Shown here piece after piece: positions 10,201-18,957 of a DNA stretch of 35,999 nt. Source of the DNA: a virus (lineage: Duplodnaviria > Caudoviricetes). The position numbers were made by a program, and so were the translations under genes. The stretch is from IMG/VR virus record IMGVR_UViG_3300042905_005823, positions 1 through 35,999 of that record. One strand, written 5' to 3'. The notes under the pieces are model-generated. The model was given only the letters and a program-made list of their open reading frames with translations, ran no database searches and was not told where the DNA came from. Each line of letters opens with the position of its first letter. Position 1 is the first letter of the stretch.

Positions 10201-10980
10201 CCAAGCTTTAGCTGATACCAAATCAGCTTCTATCCAGATTTGACCGTCATCAGAATAAATGACTTTGTCACTGTTGTTGCCGATTGCAACAAATACTCCG
10301 TTTCCAAATGCTACATCTTTTAACCCATCTGGGAATGAAGAAGTTGTAATGTTGGAAGCATTCCATGTAGAAGCATCTGTTGACCAAACGCTTTTAAATC
10401 CACCATCCATTGTTACATAATAACCATTACCATAAACAACAGATGCGTTGTAAGTTAGTATTGTTATGCCACTTAACGTAATTTCATTCCATGTTTCAGC
10501 ATCAGTTGACGTGAGTATTTTGTTTGTTCCAAGAACAATAAATAAATCATTTACATAATTAATGGAATCCCAATACTCAACCGATGGCAAATTGCCAACA
10601 TTAGAACCAGCCCAAGAAACACCATCAACAGATGTTGCATAGTAACTGCTATCATATGAAACAAGTACGAATTTGTTATTACCGTAGGCAATTGAAGACC
10701 AAGTAACAGAAGTAATGTATGGTAAGTCGCTAAATGTCCAATTAATTCCATCAATTGATTGAATTGCTGAATATTGTGAAATATTTATAGCTACATATCT
10801 GTTATCGCCAAAAGTTACACAATCTCCACCTATTGGCATGGTTCCAGCTGTCCAAGATGATCCATCTTCAGAAAACTGGGAATATAAATCTGATACTGCT
10901 ACAAATCCACAAGATGGAGGAGCAACTGGCGTGAGACTTAAAATATGCTCTTTATTTTTGCCTTGAAATTTATCTGTCAT
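4240..10980 (-). CDS. Giant multi-beta-propeller tail fibre/adhesin protein (2246 aa)
   Basis: Four N-terminal ~285-aa modules of YGNGKFVAV...SxDGxxW (Asp-box/BNR-like) repeats, two six-bladed Kelch-like propellers (12 GYF[AV]GG blades), Pro/Thr linkers, a Cys-rich domain and a fifth Asp-box module at the C-terminus. No signal peptide; lies downstream of the baseplate genes. The fibre role is inferred. Confidence 0.85.
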   Translation of the reverse strand: MTDKFQGKNKEHILSLTPVAPPSCGFVAVSDLYSQFSEDGSSWTAGTMPIGGDCVTFGDNRYVAINISQYSAIQSIDGINWTFSDLPYITSVTWSSIAYGNNKFVLVSYDSSYYATSVDGVSWAGSNVGNLPSVEYWDSINYVNDLFIVLGTNKILTSTDAETWNEITLSGITILTYNASVVYGNGYYVTMDGGFKSVWSTDASTWNASNITTSSFPDGLKDVAFGNGVFVAIGNNSDKVIYSDDGQIWIEADLVSAKAWNRIVFGDNTFTILSNDTISLSSDGINWTENTLPNDFGYKDIVYGCITSPPALDCNFVAIGDYVSVASQDGVTWADGTTEIAPQSMFGVTFGNNKYVAVGGSKAIYSFNGTSWIDSNDPTISGLLKVVYGSFGNYLAISYGTDDYFTSNDGETWTLRTMPSSSTWFSISYVNNKFIALSMDKVAISEDATSWTEVSIGGRGLLPFGQNTVYGNGKYVTIDGYASSASSKSVSSTNGTVWNYSSISSSYFQSGTKDIAFGNNKFIIVGSGPKFVHSTNGTTWTEGDMPSNSSWHKVIFSDNKFVAFVASGDTIAVSYDGLIWSEHTLPVSSNWNAITYGCVTNPPSCDFLAISYGNQIAISTDGSTWTDETVSGSYDWISLTYGDDKFVAVAVGSNKSIYSADGVNWYINDLPASLNWYSIAYGNSKFVAIAYNTDIYATSPDAINWTQRSISSSAYWQSVSYINNLFVALGGDVIATSADGISWNEYNLTGGSEVAYYGTAYGNGTYVALSGNSNGYAITSEDGINWSGTLISGSDNGVQCIAFGKGVFVALDRKGLSIDSKAFYSTDGVSWTGVALTGNKDWISVKFANSRFVGIAKDSDAAIVSIDGITWTDEVLPNSENWSDIEHGCLAPVTPVTPVTPVPPIFPPVDPSCAFLAISFGDQIGLSADGFTWRDGALSGSYTWISITHGDDKFVAVAAGSDKSIYGSDGINWEVNDLPAELNWFSIAYGNGKFVAVAISTDIYAISPDGINWTQNNMPSSSDWQSVSYVNDLFIALGGDVIATSPDGINWDQYNVFGPIYYGTAYGNGTYVALSGTGPVGYSMWSTDGVNWDVTPTGNVNNGMQCIAFGNGVFVALDRKGLSIDSKAFYSTNGVSWTPVALAGNKDWIAVKFAVDRFIAIARDSDTAIVSVDGITWYQQALPNSEYWSDLEYGCLTFSPTPNPAIAGYFAGGANNSANVVTADKLTYSNDTTAAQTSANLTQARGVLAGVSEGSTKGYFAGGSAGISYFSTADKLIYSTDTTAAQTSANLSQARNGLAGCSGEGTKGYFAGGINNSGYLLTTDKLTYATDTTTAQTTANLSQARSTLASVSEGSTKGYFVGGYTGAVLATADILTYSTDITAAQTSANLSQARYSLTGISEGSTKGYFAGGINISAIVTTADKLTYSTDATVAQASANLSQARYNLAGCSGNGTKGYFAGGFSAAVLATADKLSYSTDTTVAQTSANLSQARSGLAGVSGGAAPTPTPTPTPTPTPTPTPTPTPTPTPTPTPTTPTTPTTPTTPTTPTAPTATAGYFAGGDNGSYLVTTDKLTYSTDITIAQTSANLTQAKGYLAGVSGNSIKGYFAGGDSGSVVATANKLSYSTETTITQASANLSQARSYLAGCSGNGTKGYFAGGSTSTFFTYSATTDKLTYSTDITTAQTTANLSQARLGLAGISERLTKGYFAGGFSSDLVGTTDKLIFATDSTAAQTSANLSQATYELAGCNGNSTKGYFAGGIVITSVATAYKLIYSTDTTTAQTSANLSEARSSLAGVSEGSNNGYFAGGSILQPTTDKITFATDITAAQTSANLSQTRSGLAGVSNNAVPSPTPTPTTPTTPSPIPSPTASPTASPTATPTADRYVWAFINHKECFCDCFVGTQEDYDTYREDVTPYGNGVIQTFRFYGEATQENIDDCNQNINPTPSQTPTASPDIVAVMGISGNEGKAMISYDGIAWENVPDTPEIAEPVSTYGLDAFVIAGRTNVGYSGDFVNWTVNPLSLTSYDKSDAIVHNDGEFIIFNGENYRKSTDLENWTTGTITTAPFITVDAAYGNGRYVGISNNGPKSVMSFDGETWDEGNLPSSITYTSISYGNGYFIAFGYGTNKCAISTNGLDWTEKTIPATGQWNSTFGEGKFVAINESVSNTTIYSDDNGETWNLGGNLPSVALWTTITYFKGKFVAVPKYGPTTTNPLIGAVSYDGITWSSMTLSARYQWGVITARPSS
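6320..6468. repeat. (PT)n/(PTT)n coding microsatellite linker
   Basis: Runs of YGTAGG and YGTAGTTGG encoding about 50 aa of Pro/Thr between the two Kelch-like propellers. Confidence 0.9.
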
Positions 10981-11999
10981 TATAACACCTTTACTGGATT
11001 TGAAACTATAATTTTATTTACTTGATTGCCTCTTAGTGTTATTAACAAAGTTGGCATATATGTTCCTGCTCTTTGGTATTTATGGGTTGTGTAGTGTATA
11101 TTTGGGTTAACTTGTCTTTGGTTACCACCATCTTCAAATACCCAAAATCTTTCTACTATGTCTCCACCAGACTGATCTATCAAGTTAAAACTTGTTGCTT
11201 CAATTCCCATTTTGTTCGCAGTCTGAACAGAATATCCAACGCTAGGTGTAGCATAAACAAATAAATTTGGTATTTCGTTTGATGCTGTTATATATCCTTT
11301 TTTAACAACAAGTCCTTGTGCTCCCAAGTTTGTTACAATTCTCAACTTAACATCAAAGCTTCCTTCACTGGAATAAGTATGGGTTGGGTTTCTTTCTAGG
11401 CTAGTTCCACCATCTCCGAAGTCCCAAAAAAACTTATTTGCAATTACATTGCTAAAATTTTGAAATTTTACAGTTAAAGGAGAAGGACCATTTAGAGGAT
11501 ATGCTCTAAATAATGGCTTTGGTGCTAAAAGCTTTATTTCTTGTTGTTTGAGAATGTTGTTTAAGGAGCCACTGGCTGGAAGATCTGCTGTACCTAAAGT
11601 ATTTTCAATTTTTATAACAGCATCTTTAATGCTGTTGTGATGGTCTGCAAAAACTCCACCAATAATTTGCGCTCCAACGTCCCAATTAGTTTGTCTTGAT
11701 CCAGCAAACCCACGAACCAAATTACTAAATGTTTGATTGGTTCTTTTCTCGTAATAAACATATTCTGGAAAAGTAGCATATTTTTCAGGCAAATTAATTC
11801 TTAAAACGCCTTTGTCTGAAAAGTTTTCTGCATTTTCGACAATAATTAAATCTGACCCGTAATTCAATGCTTGAGTTAAATTTGTTTCGCTATTATTTTT
11901 AGCAAAATAAAGTGTATCATAGTTATCAATAGCTTCTGGAAATACTGATAGATCACCAGCCAGATATCCCAAATCATAACTACTTAGTTTACTGACCAT
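10980..11999 (-). CDS. PKD (Ig-like) domain virion structural protein
   Basis: Clear PKD signature PLTVKFQN...FWDFGDGGTSLERNPTHTYSSEGSFDVKL and a second degenerate PKD (FWVFEDG...HKYQRAGTYMPTL). N-terminal FPEAID...ADHHNSIKDAVIKIENTLG resembles phage fibre-type anchor segments. Confidence 0.85.
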   Translation of the reverse strand: MVSKLSSYDLGYLAGDLSVFPEAIDNYDTLYFAKNNSETNLTQALNYGSDLIIVENAENFSDKGVLRINLPEKYATFPEYVYYEKRTNQTFSNLVRGFAGSRQTNWDVGAQIIGGVFADHHNSIKDAVIKIENTLGTADLPASGSLNNILKQQEIKLLAPKPLFRAYPLNGPSPLTVKFQNFSNVIANKFFWDFGDGGTSLERNPTHTYSSEGSFDVKLRIVTNLGAQGLVVKKGYITASNEIPNLFVYATPSVGYSVQTANKMGIEATSFNLIDQSGGDIVERFWVFEDGGNQRQVNPNIHYTTHKYQRAGTYMPTLLITLRGNQVNKIIVSNPVKVL

Positions 12000-12588
12000 C
12001 TCCTAAAAGACCTTTCCTCGTATTTATCAATTTTAAAAATTGAACTTTTGTTTTACTAGAATTATCTAATTGCAATATCGATCTAACCAATTCTTTATTT
12101 ACAGGATTACCTAACAAAAAATCTAAATTTAATTCATTACTAAATTTATTTTCAAAGTATTCAGCTTGAGATTCTGTATTATTCCAATTTTTAATAACAT
12201 GTTTAGAATCAATTTTATCAAAAATTTTTGTAAATTCTTCACATTCTTTTTCATAGTTTTCTTTGTTTTCTAACAATTTATTATGATTTATTTGTAAATT
12301 TGCTAAACTTCTTTCTAATTTTCTAACCAAAAAAGGAGTTTTTCTGCTATTTTTTTCCTTTTCTTCTTCTATTTCTATTTTTTTAATTTCAATATCATCT
12401 AAAATATTTTCAATCTCCATATTAAGACTTATAAGACTTTCATATCTTGTTTTAAGTTCTCGAATACATTGCCACGCTTGAGCGTCTAATGTTAATTCTT
12501 TTCCAATGATGAATTTTTCAATTTGATAGTCGCTGTGTCTGTTAACAACGATATTCTTATCAAGTATTTCTTTTATTTTGTTTAACAT
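11989..12588 (-). CDS. Hypothetical coiled-coil protein (199 aa)
   Basis: Charged helical ORF overlapping the PKD gene start; no catalytic motif recognised. Confidence 0.75.
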   Translation of the reverse strand: MLNKIKEILDKNIVVNRHSDYQIEKFIIGKELTLDAQAWQCIRELKTRYESLISLNMEIENILDDIEIKKIEIEEEKEKNSRKTPFLVRKLERSLANLQINHNKLLENKENYEKECEEFTKIFDKIDSKHVIKNWNNTESQAEYFENKFSNELNLDFLLGNPVNKELVRSILQLDNSSKTKVQFLKLINTRKGLLGDGQ

Positions 12589-12605
12589 ATATTAATGTAG
12601 TAATG

Positions 12606-13391
12606 TTAATCAAGAGGCAGGTCAAAATCAATTCTAATTATATCAATTGAAGTTATAGCATTGTCTAATGTAAATCCAGTTCTTAGATCATTTTCAATGT
12701 AACCATTTAATTGATATGAATTTGTTGCTAATGGTGTTGGAACATAAATCAATGATCCATCATTATAAATTCTTACACCATTAATATAAACTCTTAAAGA
12801 TCCAACTTCAAATGGAACATTAAGACCAGTTATATAATTAGTGTAATCAGGACTTAAATTAGCTGAAGGTGGCTCTACTCCATAAAAATGTCGATGTGCA
12901 TTTTGCAAACCAACAGCAACTTCGGCAGAAATAATGTTAGGTTCTGTTACATTAAAGCTAATAGTTGTAGAATTCTTAAATACAATTGGTCCATTATTAA
13001 AAAAAACTGTTTTACTAATTTGATCTACTTGAATTGTTAAGTTTGTTGCTTCATCAGAAATAAGTTCTAGTTTTTGACGTTCAGATAATTCCATTCTAAC
13101 ATAATCAGTGCCATTGTACATGCCATCTTCGTGAGCACCAATGTTATGTAACGCTTCATTAATCTTATTGCTTTTTAGATTACCATTTTGTTCTAAAGAC
13201 TGATCAAGTCTAGCCGCTAAAGTTCCAGTATTTCCAATTGCAGACTCAAGAATAGCCGTATTTGTGTCTACAGCACTGTTGATTATATCATCTCTTTGGA
13301 CGAGAGCATTGATAGGCAGGTTATCAACCTGATAATAATAAGGCTGTAATGGTTGATAACTTGGAACTGATATTATACTTATATCTGGCAT
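12606..13391 (-). CDS. Putative virion structural protein (261 aa)
   Basis: Within the tail operon. N-terminal helical segment and a C-terminal beta domain with GSLRVYINGVRI...FTL...DIIRIDF, typical of phage baseplate/fibre accessory domains. Confidence 0.7.
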   Translation of the reverse strand: MPDISIISVPSYQPLQPYYYQVDNLPINALVQRDDIINSAVDTNTAILESAIGNTGTLAARLDQSLEQNGNLKSNKINEALHNIGAHEDGMYNGTDYVRMELSERQKLELISDEATNLTIQVDQISKTVFFNNGPIVFKNSTTISFNVTEPNIISAEVAVGLQNAHRHFYGVEPPSANLSPDYTNYITGLNVPFEVGSLRVYINGVRIYNDGSLIYVPTPLATNSYQLNGYIENDLRTGFTLDNAITSIDIIRIDFDLPLD

Positions 13392-13398
13392 AGTAACA

Positions 13399-13406
13399 TA
13401 TTTAGT
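13399..13406 (-). promoter_or_regulatory. Putative T4-type late promoter ACTAAATA
   Basis: In a 20-bp intergenic gap, 7 nt before the ATG at 13391; the same octamer occurs at 33594 and 34567 on the + strand. Confidence 0.45.
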
Positions 13407-13411
13407 CTAAA

Positions 13412-13882
13412 TCAAAGTAAATTTACTCTCCAATTCCAAACAATTTGAATATCAGATGTTTTTGATAGAGGAGAAAATGTTGCCATTGAGTATAAAATGT
13501 CATTGTTTAGCACTAAAGCCATTTCAGAAATATTATAACCATTTGCATCATCAAAACTTAGAACAGATGTAAAAACGACTTGTGTAGCGTTTGTTGAGTC
13601 AATATTGGTAACAACTGGCTTGTTTGCTCTAGTCAAACCAAAAAGACCTGTTCTATCTGCATCTACATATCTTGTGGTAGTTCCATCAGTTCCACCATCA
13701 CCAAAAATCATTCTAGAGACAAACTGATTGTAAATGCCATCAATTTTGTTGGCAAGAACTTTAACTAATTCAGATCTACCACCAATAAGAACAGCATTGC
13801 TGAAATCAATGTTACTTTCTTCGCCATTCTTATTGATGATTTTTCCTGTCACATGACCAATACATTTTGATAAATCGTTCAT
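13412..13882 (-). CDS. Baseplate/tail-fibre attachment protein (tail-collar-fibre N-domain-like)
   Basis: MIFGDGG...VVFTSVL...ANGYNISEMAL...LYSMATFSPLSKTSDIQIVWNWRV pattern; directly follows the gpI/gp7-like gene with a 4-bp overlap. Confidence 0.65.
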   Translation of the reverse strand: MNDLSKCIGHVTGKIINKNGEESNIDFSNAVLIGGRSELVKVLANKIDGIYNQFVSRMIFGDGGTDGTTTRYVDADRTGLFGLTRANKPVVTNIDSTNATQVVFTSVLSFDDANGYNISEMALVLNNDILYSMATFSPLSKTSDIQIVWNWRVNLL

Positions 13883-16800
13883 ATTTTCCCTTCGATTTTC
13901 TTACTGTCTCTAGTTAAAATAGTATAACCAATACTTTCTTCTTGAATCGAAACAGACTTGGGTCCATTAGCAAAATCAGCTAACGCAAATGGAGAAGAAT
14001 TAGCAGTTTGATACGTTATCAAGTTATTACTAGACCTGTCAATATAATCAAAACTATTTCCCAAAATTGTTGTAGAATTTTCAATATACTGAATTAATTC
14101 GTAATTGACAGAGCTTCCACCACTTGAAATTGTTCCCCAATCCTCAAACCTTCCTGAAATATAAAGATAATCAGTTGAACTTATATTTACCTCTGAAATA
14201 ATCGAATAAAAATAATTTGAATTTATTTTTATTAAATAATTTTCTTTAAAAGTGCTGTTGCGAATTGCATTAGGATTGTTTGGATCAGTAAATGTTGGAA
14301 AAGTTAATGGCTTTGCTAACAACATTTTATTATAATTAACATTTCCAACATTGTATGTTAATCTTTTTAATATTTTACCGCTTATTCCCACTTGATCTCC
14401 ACTGACGTATCCATCAATATAGAATTCATCAGTTTCAGTTGGATATTGATCTATGTAATATTGATTGGAAGTAGAATCAATGTAAAAATAATTATTTCCT
14501 TGCAGAAGTTCTTGTATATTAGTAACTCCTGTACCGGGATCTACAACTACTCTGCCACGATTTAAAACATCATAAATTCCAGTCGTTGACTCAAAAATTA
14601 TATTATTATTTTCGTCCAACAATTTATAGTTTAATCCGCCAACTGGCATATTGCTTAATGTTCCATTATTGGCAATAGTTAATTTATTATTTACGACATT
14701 GCTAATATTATAAATAAAACCAGTTAAAACGATTTCAACTTTCCATGCAGCAAGAGCATTGCCGTTGTTTACGTCATGTACAGTCTTTATCGGATAATAC
14801 AAGTAATCAAAAGATTCATCGATAATGCTGTAAGTGTTATCTTCATAAACATTGAAATTAGTGTCCGCAATAATTATGTTTGATAATATAAATGTAAATT
14901 CAGTTATGTTTAATGGTTCTGAAAAACTTTCAATCACTTCAACAATGTTGTTTGTAGGATTTTCAACTGTGTAATTACCACTGTTTATGTGCGGTGACAA
15001 AATTTGTAAAAATGTTTTTGCCGGATTAACATTAATCCCCAATGATTGTAAATTTTGGGAAGAACAAAAAAGAACAATGTTTTTATTAAATGCCATTGTT
15101 GTGCCAGATTCAATGCTACTGGAATTTGCTAAAGAATTTCTAAGCACAGGATTATACAGATCAGATCCCGGAATAATATTTCTGTTAAATACATTACTTA
15201 TTTCTCCAGAAATCAAAAATTCAGCACCATTATACCTTATAAGTATTTCCCAACTTTCATTTGCAGGAAGCATGTAATCCTGCATAAATCCATTAAATTG
15301 CAAAGTATGTAATATTGCATGAAAAGGAATATAGTCTGCAATAATTTCCTGCGCTTCAGTTAATCTAATGTTGGACAAATCTTGTATAGTAAGCTCAGCG
15401 TTGAACCTAGAACTTATCGTGTTCCTACAAGGCTCTACAAAATCTTTATCAATGTTTTTAGGGTCAAAACTGTCTCTTAAAGAACCATTGTATTCATCCA
15501 TATTATATGCTTGTTCTGAATAAGGAAATTCAGTTCTAACCTTGCCAAATATTATTGGATCATAAAACGGATTCTTAACATTGATAATAATATCAAATAA
15601 TGGGTCGCTTTCCTCAATTACATGTGTATTCCAATCTTTTTTTGGATACTTAACATATCTTTCATCTCTCGTGTCAGCTAATGGCAGCGATAATATATAA
15701 CCATGTAGTTGAATCTCTTCATTGTCAGGCAATTTTTTTATCTGATATGTTATCTTTAAATGAGACCCAATTCCTAACGGATTTCCAATATATTTCATAT
15801 ATGATTTGCCGTTAGAAGTGTAAATTGTGATATTGCTTAAATCTAATGTTTCATAATTATCAATAACAATAGAATTTCCATTTATAGAAGACTTCGCTAC
15901 TTGAAAAGAAAAATAAATATCATTTTTATCTAAACTTACTTTTTCTAGTTGAAAAATATTATCATTTAGATAAACAAAACTTTCTGTAAAAGTATATTTG
16001 GTTCCCACTTGCCATAGTTGTGAAAATTTATCAAGTTCAATTCCAGCATCATTCAGAGCTTCTTTTAAAGCCCTTATTGTTCCTTTAGATTTATTAAGAG
16101 GAACAGCTTTTTTAATTTGTTTTCGCCATCTGGTTGGGTCAGAACTTCTTAGTCTCAAATTAAATAAATTAGCTAGATATATTAACAAAGGCTCTTGTAA
16201 AACATTAGCATCAAGAAGATCAATGATTTGATTGACCAAATCTTCCATGTTTTTAAAACCAATGTTAATCGATTGGTTTAGTTTGTCTAAAATTTCGGGC
16301 GTTCTGTCATCACTTGAATATGTTGTTTTGTACATTTCTGGCAAATAACGAGTCAATAAATCATAATATTTATTTTCAGGAGTTCTGTGACTTGGATTGC
16401 TTGTATACGCTGCAATATCACTTAAAAGATAAAATCCCAAGTGTGCGCTTAAAACGTCTCCAGAAGGGTTTGGCTTCCATTTGTAACAAATAAAATAGTC
16501 ACCTTCTCTTACTCCCAAAGCATCCCAATAAAAAGAAAATCTACAATATGGAAATTCATTATTTGGAGCACTCTGAACAGGAGAATCTGTATTAGGTTGA
16601 CCTCTTACCCATAAAGGATTAGTTGCATTTCCTCGTTGGTAAACAATAATAGAATTTTGATAATAAAAAGGACTTGTAACAATAGTTGTTTGCCAATCGT
16701 TCAAAGCATCATTAGCTATCTTGATATTTTCTTCCGAAGGATTATTACAAGCAATATTTTTAAAATACAAATATTTTTCTTCAAGATTTTCCTGAGAAAC

Positions 16801-16974
16801 TTGATTATCATATTCTTGCATATTTGTAGAAGCATAACTGCGTTCTATAAAATATATTGTTATGTTTTCTATGTAATAAGGATCTTCAAAGTAACATTTA
16901 TTAGAATCTGGAGTTAAGAATACAAACTCGACTCTATCGTTAACTTTTGGATTATCTGTATATAATTTATTCAT
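13879..16974 (-). CDS. Baseplate wedge protein, P2 gpI / T4 gp7-like, with long extensions (1031 aa)
   Basis: LIYLANLFNL...RWRKQIKKAVPLNKSKGTIRALKEAL matches the gpI-type motif, with a later IPFHA (P-x-H) motif; follows the gp6/J gene. Confidence 0.8.
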   Translation of the reverse strand: MNKLYTDNPKVNDRVEFVFLTPDSNKCYFEDPYYIENITIYFIERSYASTNMQEYDNQVSQENLEEKYLYFKNIACNNPSEENIKIANDALNDWQTTIVTSPFYYQNSIIVYQRGNATNPLWVRGQPNTDSPVQSAPNNEFPYCRFSFYWDALGVREGDYFICYKWKPNPSGDVLSAHLGFYLLSDIAAYTSNPSHRTPENKYYDLLTRYLPEMYKTTYSSDDRTPEILDKLNQSINIGFKNMEDLVNQIIDLLDANVLQEPLLIYLANLFNLRLRSSDPTRWRKQIKKAVPLNKSKGTIRALKEALNDAGIELDKFSQLWQVGTKYTFTESFVYLNDNIFQLEKVSLDKNDIYFSFQVAKSSINGNSIVIDNYETLDLSNITIYTSNGKSYMKYIGNPLGIGSHLKITYQIKKLPDNEEIQLHGYILSLPLADTRDERYVKYPKKDWNTHVIEESDPLFDIIINVKNPFYDPIIFGKVRTEFPYSEQAYNMDEYNGSLRDSFDPKNIDKDFVEPCRNTISSRFNAELTIQDLSNIRLTEAQEIIADYIPFHAILHTLQFNGFMQDYMLPANESWEILIRYNGAEFLISGEISNVFNRNIIPGSDLYNPVLRNSLANSSSIESGTTMAFNKNIVLFCSSQNLQSLGINVNPAKTFLQILSPHINSGNYTVENPTNNIVEVIESFSEPLNITEFTFILSNIIIADTNFNVYEDNTYSIIDESFDYLYYPIKTVHDVNNGNALAAWKVEIVLTGFIYNISNVVNNKLTIANNGTLSNMPVGGLNYKLLDENNNIIFESTTGIYDVLNRGRVVVDPGTGVTNIQELLQGNNYFYIDSTSNQYYIDQYPTETDEFYIDGYVSGDQVGISGKILKRLTYNVGNVNYNKMLLAKPLTFPTFTDPNNPNAIRNSTFKENYLIKINSNYFYSIISEVNISSTDYLYISGRFEDWGTISSGGSSVNYELIQYIENSTTILGNSFDYIDRSSNNLITYQTANSSPFALADFANGPKSVSIQEESIGYTILTRDSKKIEGKI

Positions 16975-18532
16975 AGGTAAAACTTATTGCTATACTTTCT
17001 GGTCTAATAATCTCAAAATACCTTGCGTTTACAGTTTTTCCACTGTTGTCAGGATCGCTTGTTGTGAAATAAATATCATATCTGCTTGGTTGTTGCATAT
17101 CTGAAAGAGCTTTGATAACATCAATGTCTCTTAAATTCTGTTCATAATCCCAATTATTTACTGAAAAGAAACTTTCAATTCTTGAAGTTATATTAGTTTT
17201 TATTTCATCTTCAAACTTTTTATAATATTTATCCATTACCACATTAACAGAAATGTTAGTTAAAATGATTTCGCCATCAAGAATGCTAAGATAATCAGTC
17301 ATCATTTTGTTAGCATTTATGTGTTGCATAAACTCATATTTAAATTGACTGGATGATTTTTCTAGATCTAAATTGTTTACTTTTGTTAAAACATAAAGTT
17401 CAACAATGTTGGAACTACACCCAGAATGTCTCAATACAGCATTTGCTTTACCCATCACTCCATTATAAGGTGTTGCAAATAAATTGGCATAATTTTTGTA
17501 ATCACTGCCAGAAACACATCTATTTTGAGATTGATTGTAAATTGGAAGTTTATATCTAATATCATCAATCGTTTCGCCAGCATATCCATGCTCTCCTTTA
17601 GTGTAATTTGTCAAATTGACAACCGCACTGTAAACTTCACCTGAAATTGGTATTAAAGTTTGGGTATTTACGAAGTTGCTGACAATGTTACCTGATGGTC
17701 CACCACCTATTCTGTAAACAATTTGTATTGTAGATCCAGCAGATGGAATGTATCCTGCTCTATTGTTACCAAATATAATATAAACTGAATAATCAGAATT
17801 ATATTCAATTCTATATTCTCTTCTAGGAGATGATTCAGTAAAATATTTGACTTGATCCCACTTTGTGCCATCAACGCTTACACGAATGGAATCAAGCAAG
17901 ACTGGACTGTAAGTTAACAAATATGCCTGATCAGTTCCACCTACAGCACCAAAAGCATCACTATAAGTTCTACCTTCTAATCCAACAATATTACTATTGA
18001 TCAATGTTCCATTGTTTATGTAAATGTTTTCATCGTAAATAGGTCTATTTAACGAATCAGAAGGAAACAATTCTATTGTTGTGGTAACATTGTTATTTAA
18101 TATGTCAACTGGATATGGTGTTGGTATTTCTAAATCAACATTGTAAGTCGTTTGCACTCTTGCAGACCAAAGGCTTTTACCAGCAATTGGCGGTTGAGGT
18201 TCATAACCAACAAGCTTTGCTAATCTCAAAGCATTTTCTAGTTCTGTAACCGTATCAATAAATACTTCATTGGCTATTTGATCTGTCTTAAATGAAAGAG
18301 TGTCTGCAATAAATGCCCAATTTTCAATAAGCATAATACCAAGACTTGACTCAACAAAATCATTAAACTCAGCGCCAAATTTTTCTTTAATATAAGCCAC
18401 CAAACGAGACTTCATTGACCAAAAATCTTGATTAGTATAATTTAAGGAAAATATTTGAGGTCTTGTGTTATTAGCACCAAGTTTGTATGGCTTTAAATCA
18501 AACGGACATTTTTCCAAATCAGCCCCCTTCAA
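16967..18532 (-). CDS. Baseplate wedge subunit, T4 gp6 / P2 gpJ-like
   Basis: YTNQDFWSMKSRL...DFVESSLGIMLIE...LSFKTDQIANEVFIDT...LAKLVGY, IFGNNRAGYIP and ETIDDIR...QNRCVSGSDY motifs. Confidence 0.92.
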   Translation of the reverse strand: MKGADLEKCPFDLKPYKLGANNTRPQIFSLNYTNQDFWSMKSRLVAYIKEKFGAEFNDFVESSLGIMLIENWAFIADTLSFKTDQIANEVFIDTVTELENALRLAKLVGYEPQPPIAGKSLWSARVQTTYNVDLEIPTPYPVDILNNNVTTTIELFPSDSLNRPIYDENIYINNGTLINSNIVGLEGRTYSDAFGAVGGTDQAYLLTYSPVLLDSIRVSVDGTKWDQVKYFTESSPRREYRIEYNSDYSVYIIFGNNRAGYIPSAGSTIQIVYRIGGGPSGNIVSNFVNTQTLIPISGEVYSAVVNLTNYTKGEHGYAGETIDDIRYKLPIYNQSQNRCVSGSDYKNYANLFATPYNGVMGKANAVLRHSGCSSNIVELYVLTKVNNLDLEKSSSQFKYEFMQHINANKMMTDYLSILDGEIILTNISVNVVMDKYYKKFEDEIKTNITSRIESFFSVNNWDYEQNLRDIDVIKALSDMQQPSRYDIYFTTSDPDNSGKTVNARYFEIIRPESIAISFTYE

Positions 18533-18935
18533 ATGGTATTGCTAAAATTAAATTTTCAACAACATTGATTTGCTCTGGATTTATATAGTTAATTTTTACC
18601 AAGACTCCATTCTGATTTGTATAAGTTCCTTCCTCTTTATCACTTTCAGATAAATTAGCGACAACAATCGACTTAACAGTAATTCTTGGTTCCCATGTAG
18701 CAATTGCATTCGTAATCGCTTCAGTTATAGCTGATCTTGTTACCTCGTTATTAGGCTCGTAAAAAAATTTACGCAAAGGTGTGCCAAATTGAGACAACAT
18801 GACTCTATCACCGGGATTAGTCAAAATTAACTGGATTAAATCACTTTTAATATTTCTTGGTCCTAATTGAGTGTAAAAAAATCCTAAAGGATTTTTTGAC
18901 ACCGGAAACGGAAGACCTTTTAACACAATTGCCAT
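18519..18935 (-). CDS. Baseplate sheath-initiator protein, T4 gp25 / P2 gpW family
   Basis: IKSDLIQLILTNPGDRVMLSQFGTPL..FFYEP...AIATWEPRITV signature. Start moved from 19004 to the ATG at 18935 (MAIVLKG), which has AGGAG upstream and removes the overlap with the spike gene. Confidence 0.93.
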   Translation of the reverse strand: MAIVLKGLPFPVSKNPLGFFYTQLGPRNIKSDLIQLILTNPGDRVMLSQFGTPLRKFFYEPNNEVTRSAITEAITNAIATWEPRITVKSIVVANLSESDKEEGTYTNQNGVLVKINYINPEQINVVENLILAIPFEGG

Positions 18936-18957
18936 TAAAACTCCTAAATAATTATTT

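Noticed and set aside
1464-10754. Short ORFs of 60-83 aa overlapping the two giant genes
   Set aside because: Alternate-frame or antisense readings of repetitive coding sequence. The same applies to the short ORFs nested in the baseplate, tape measure and plus-strand genes.
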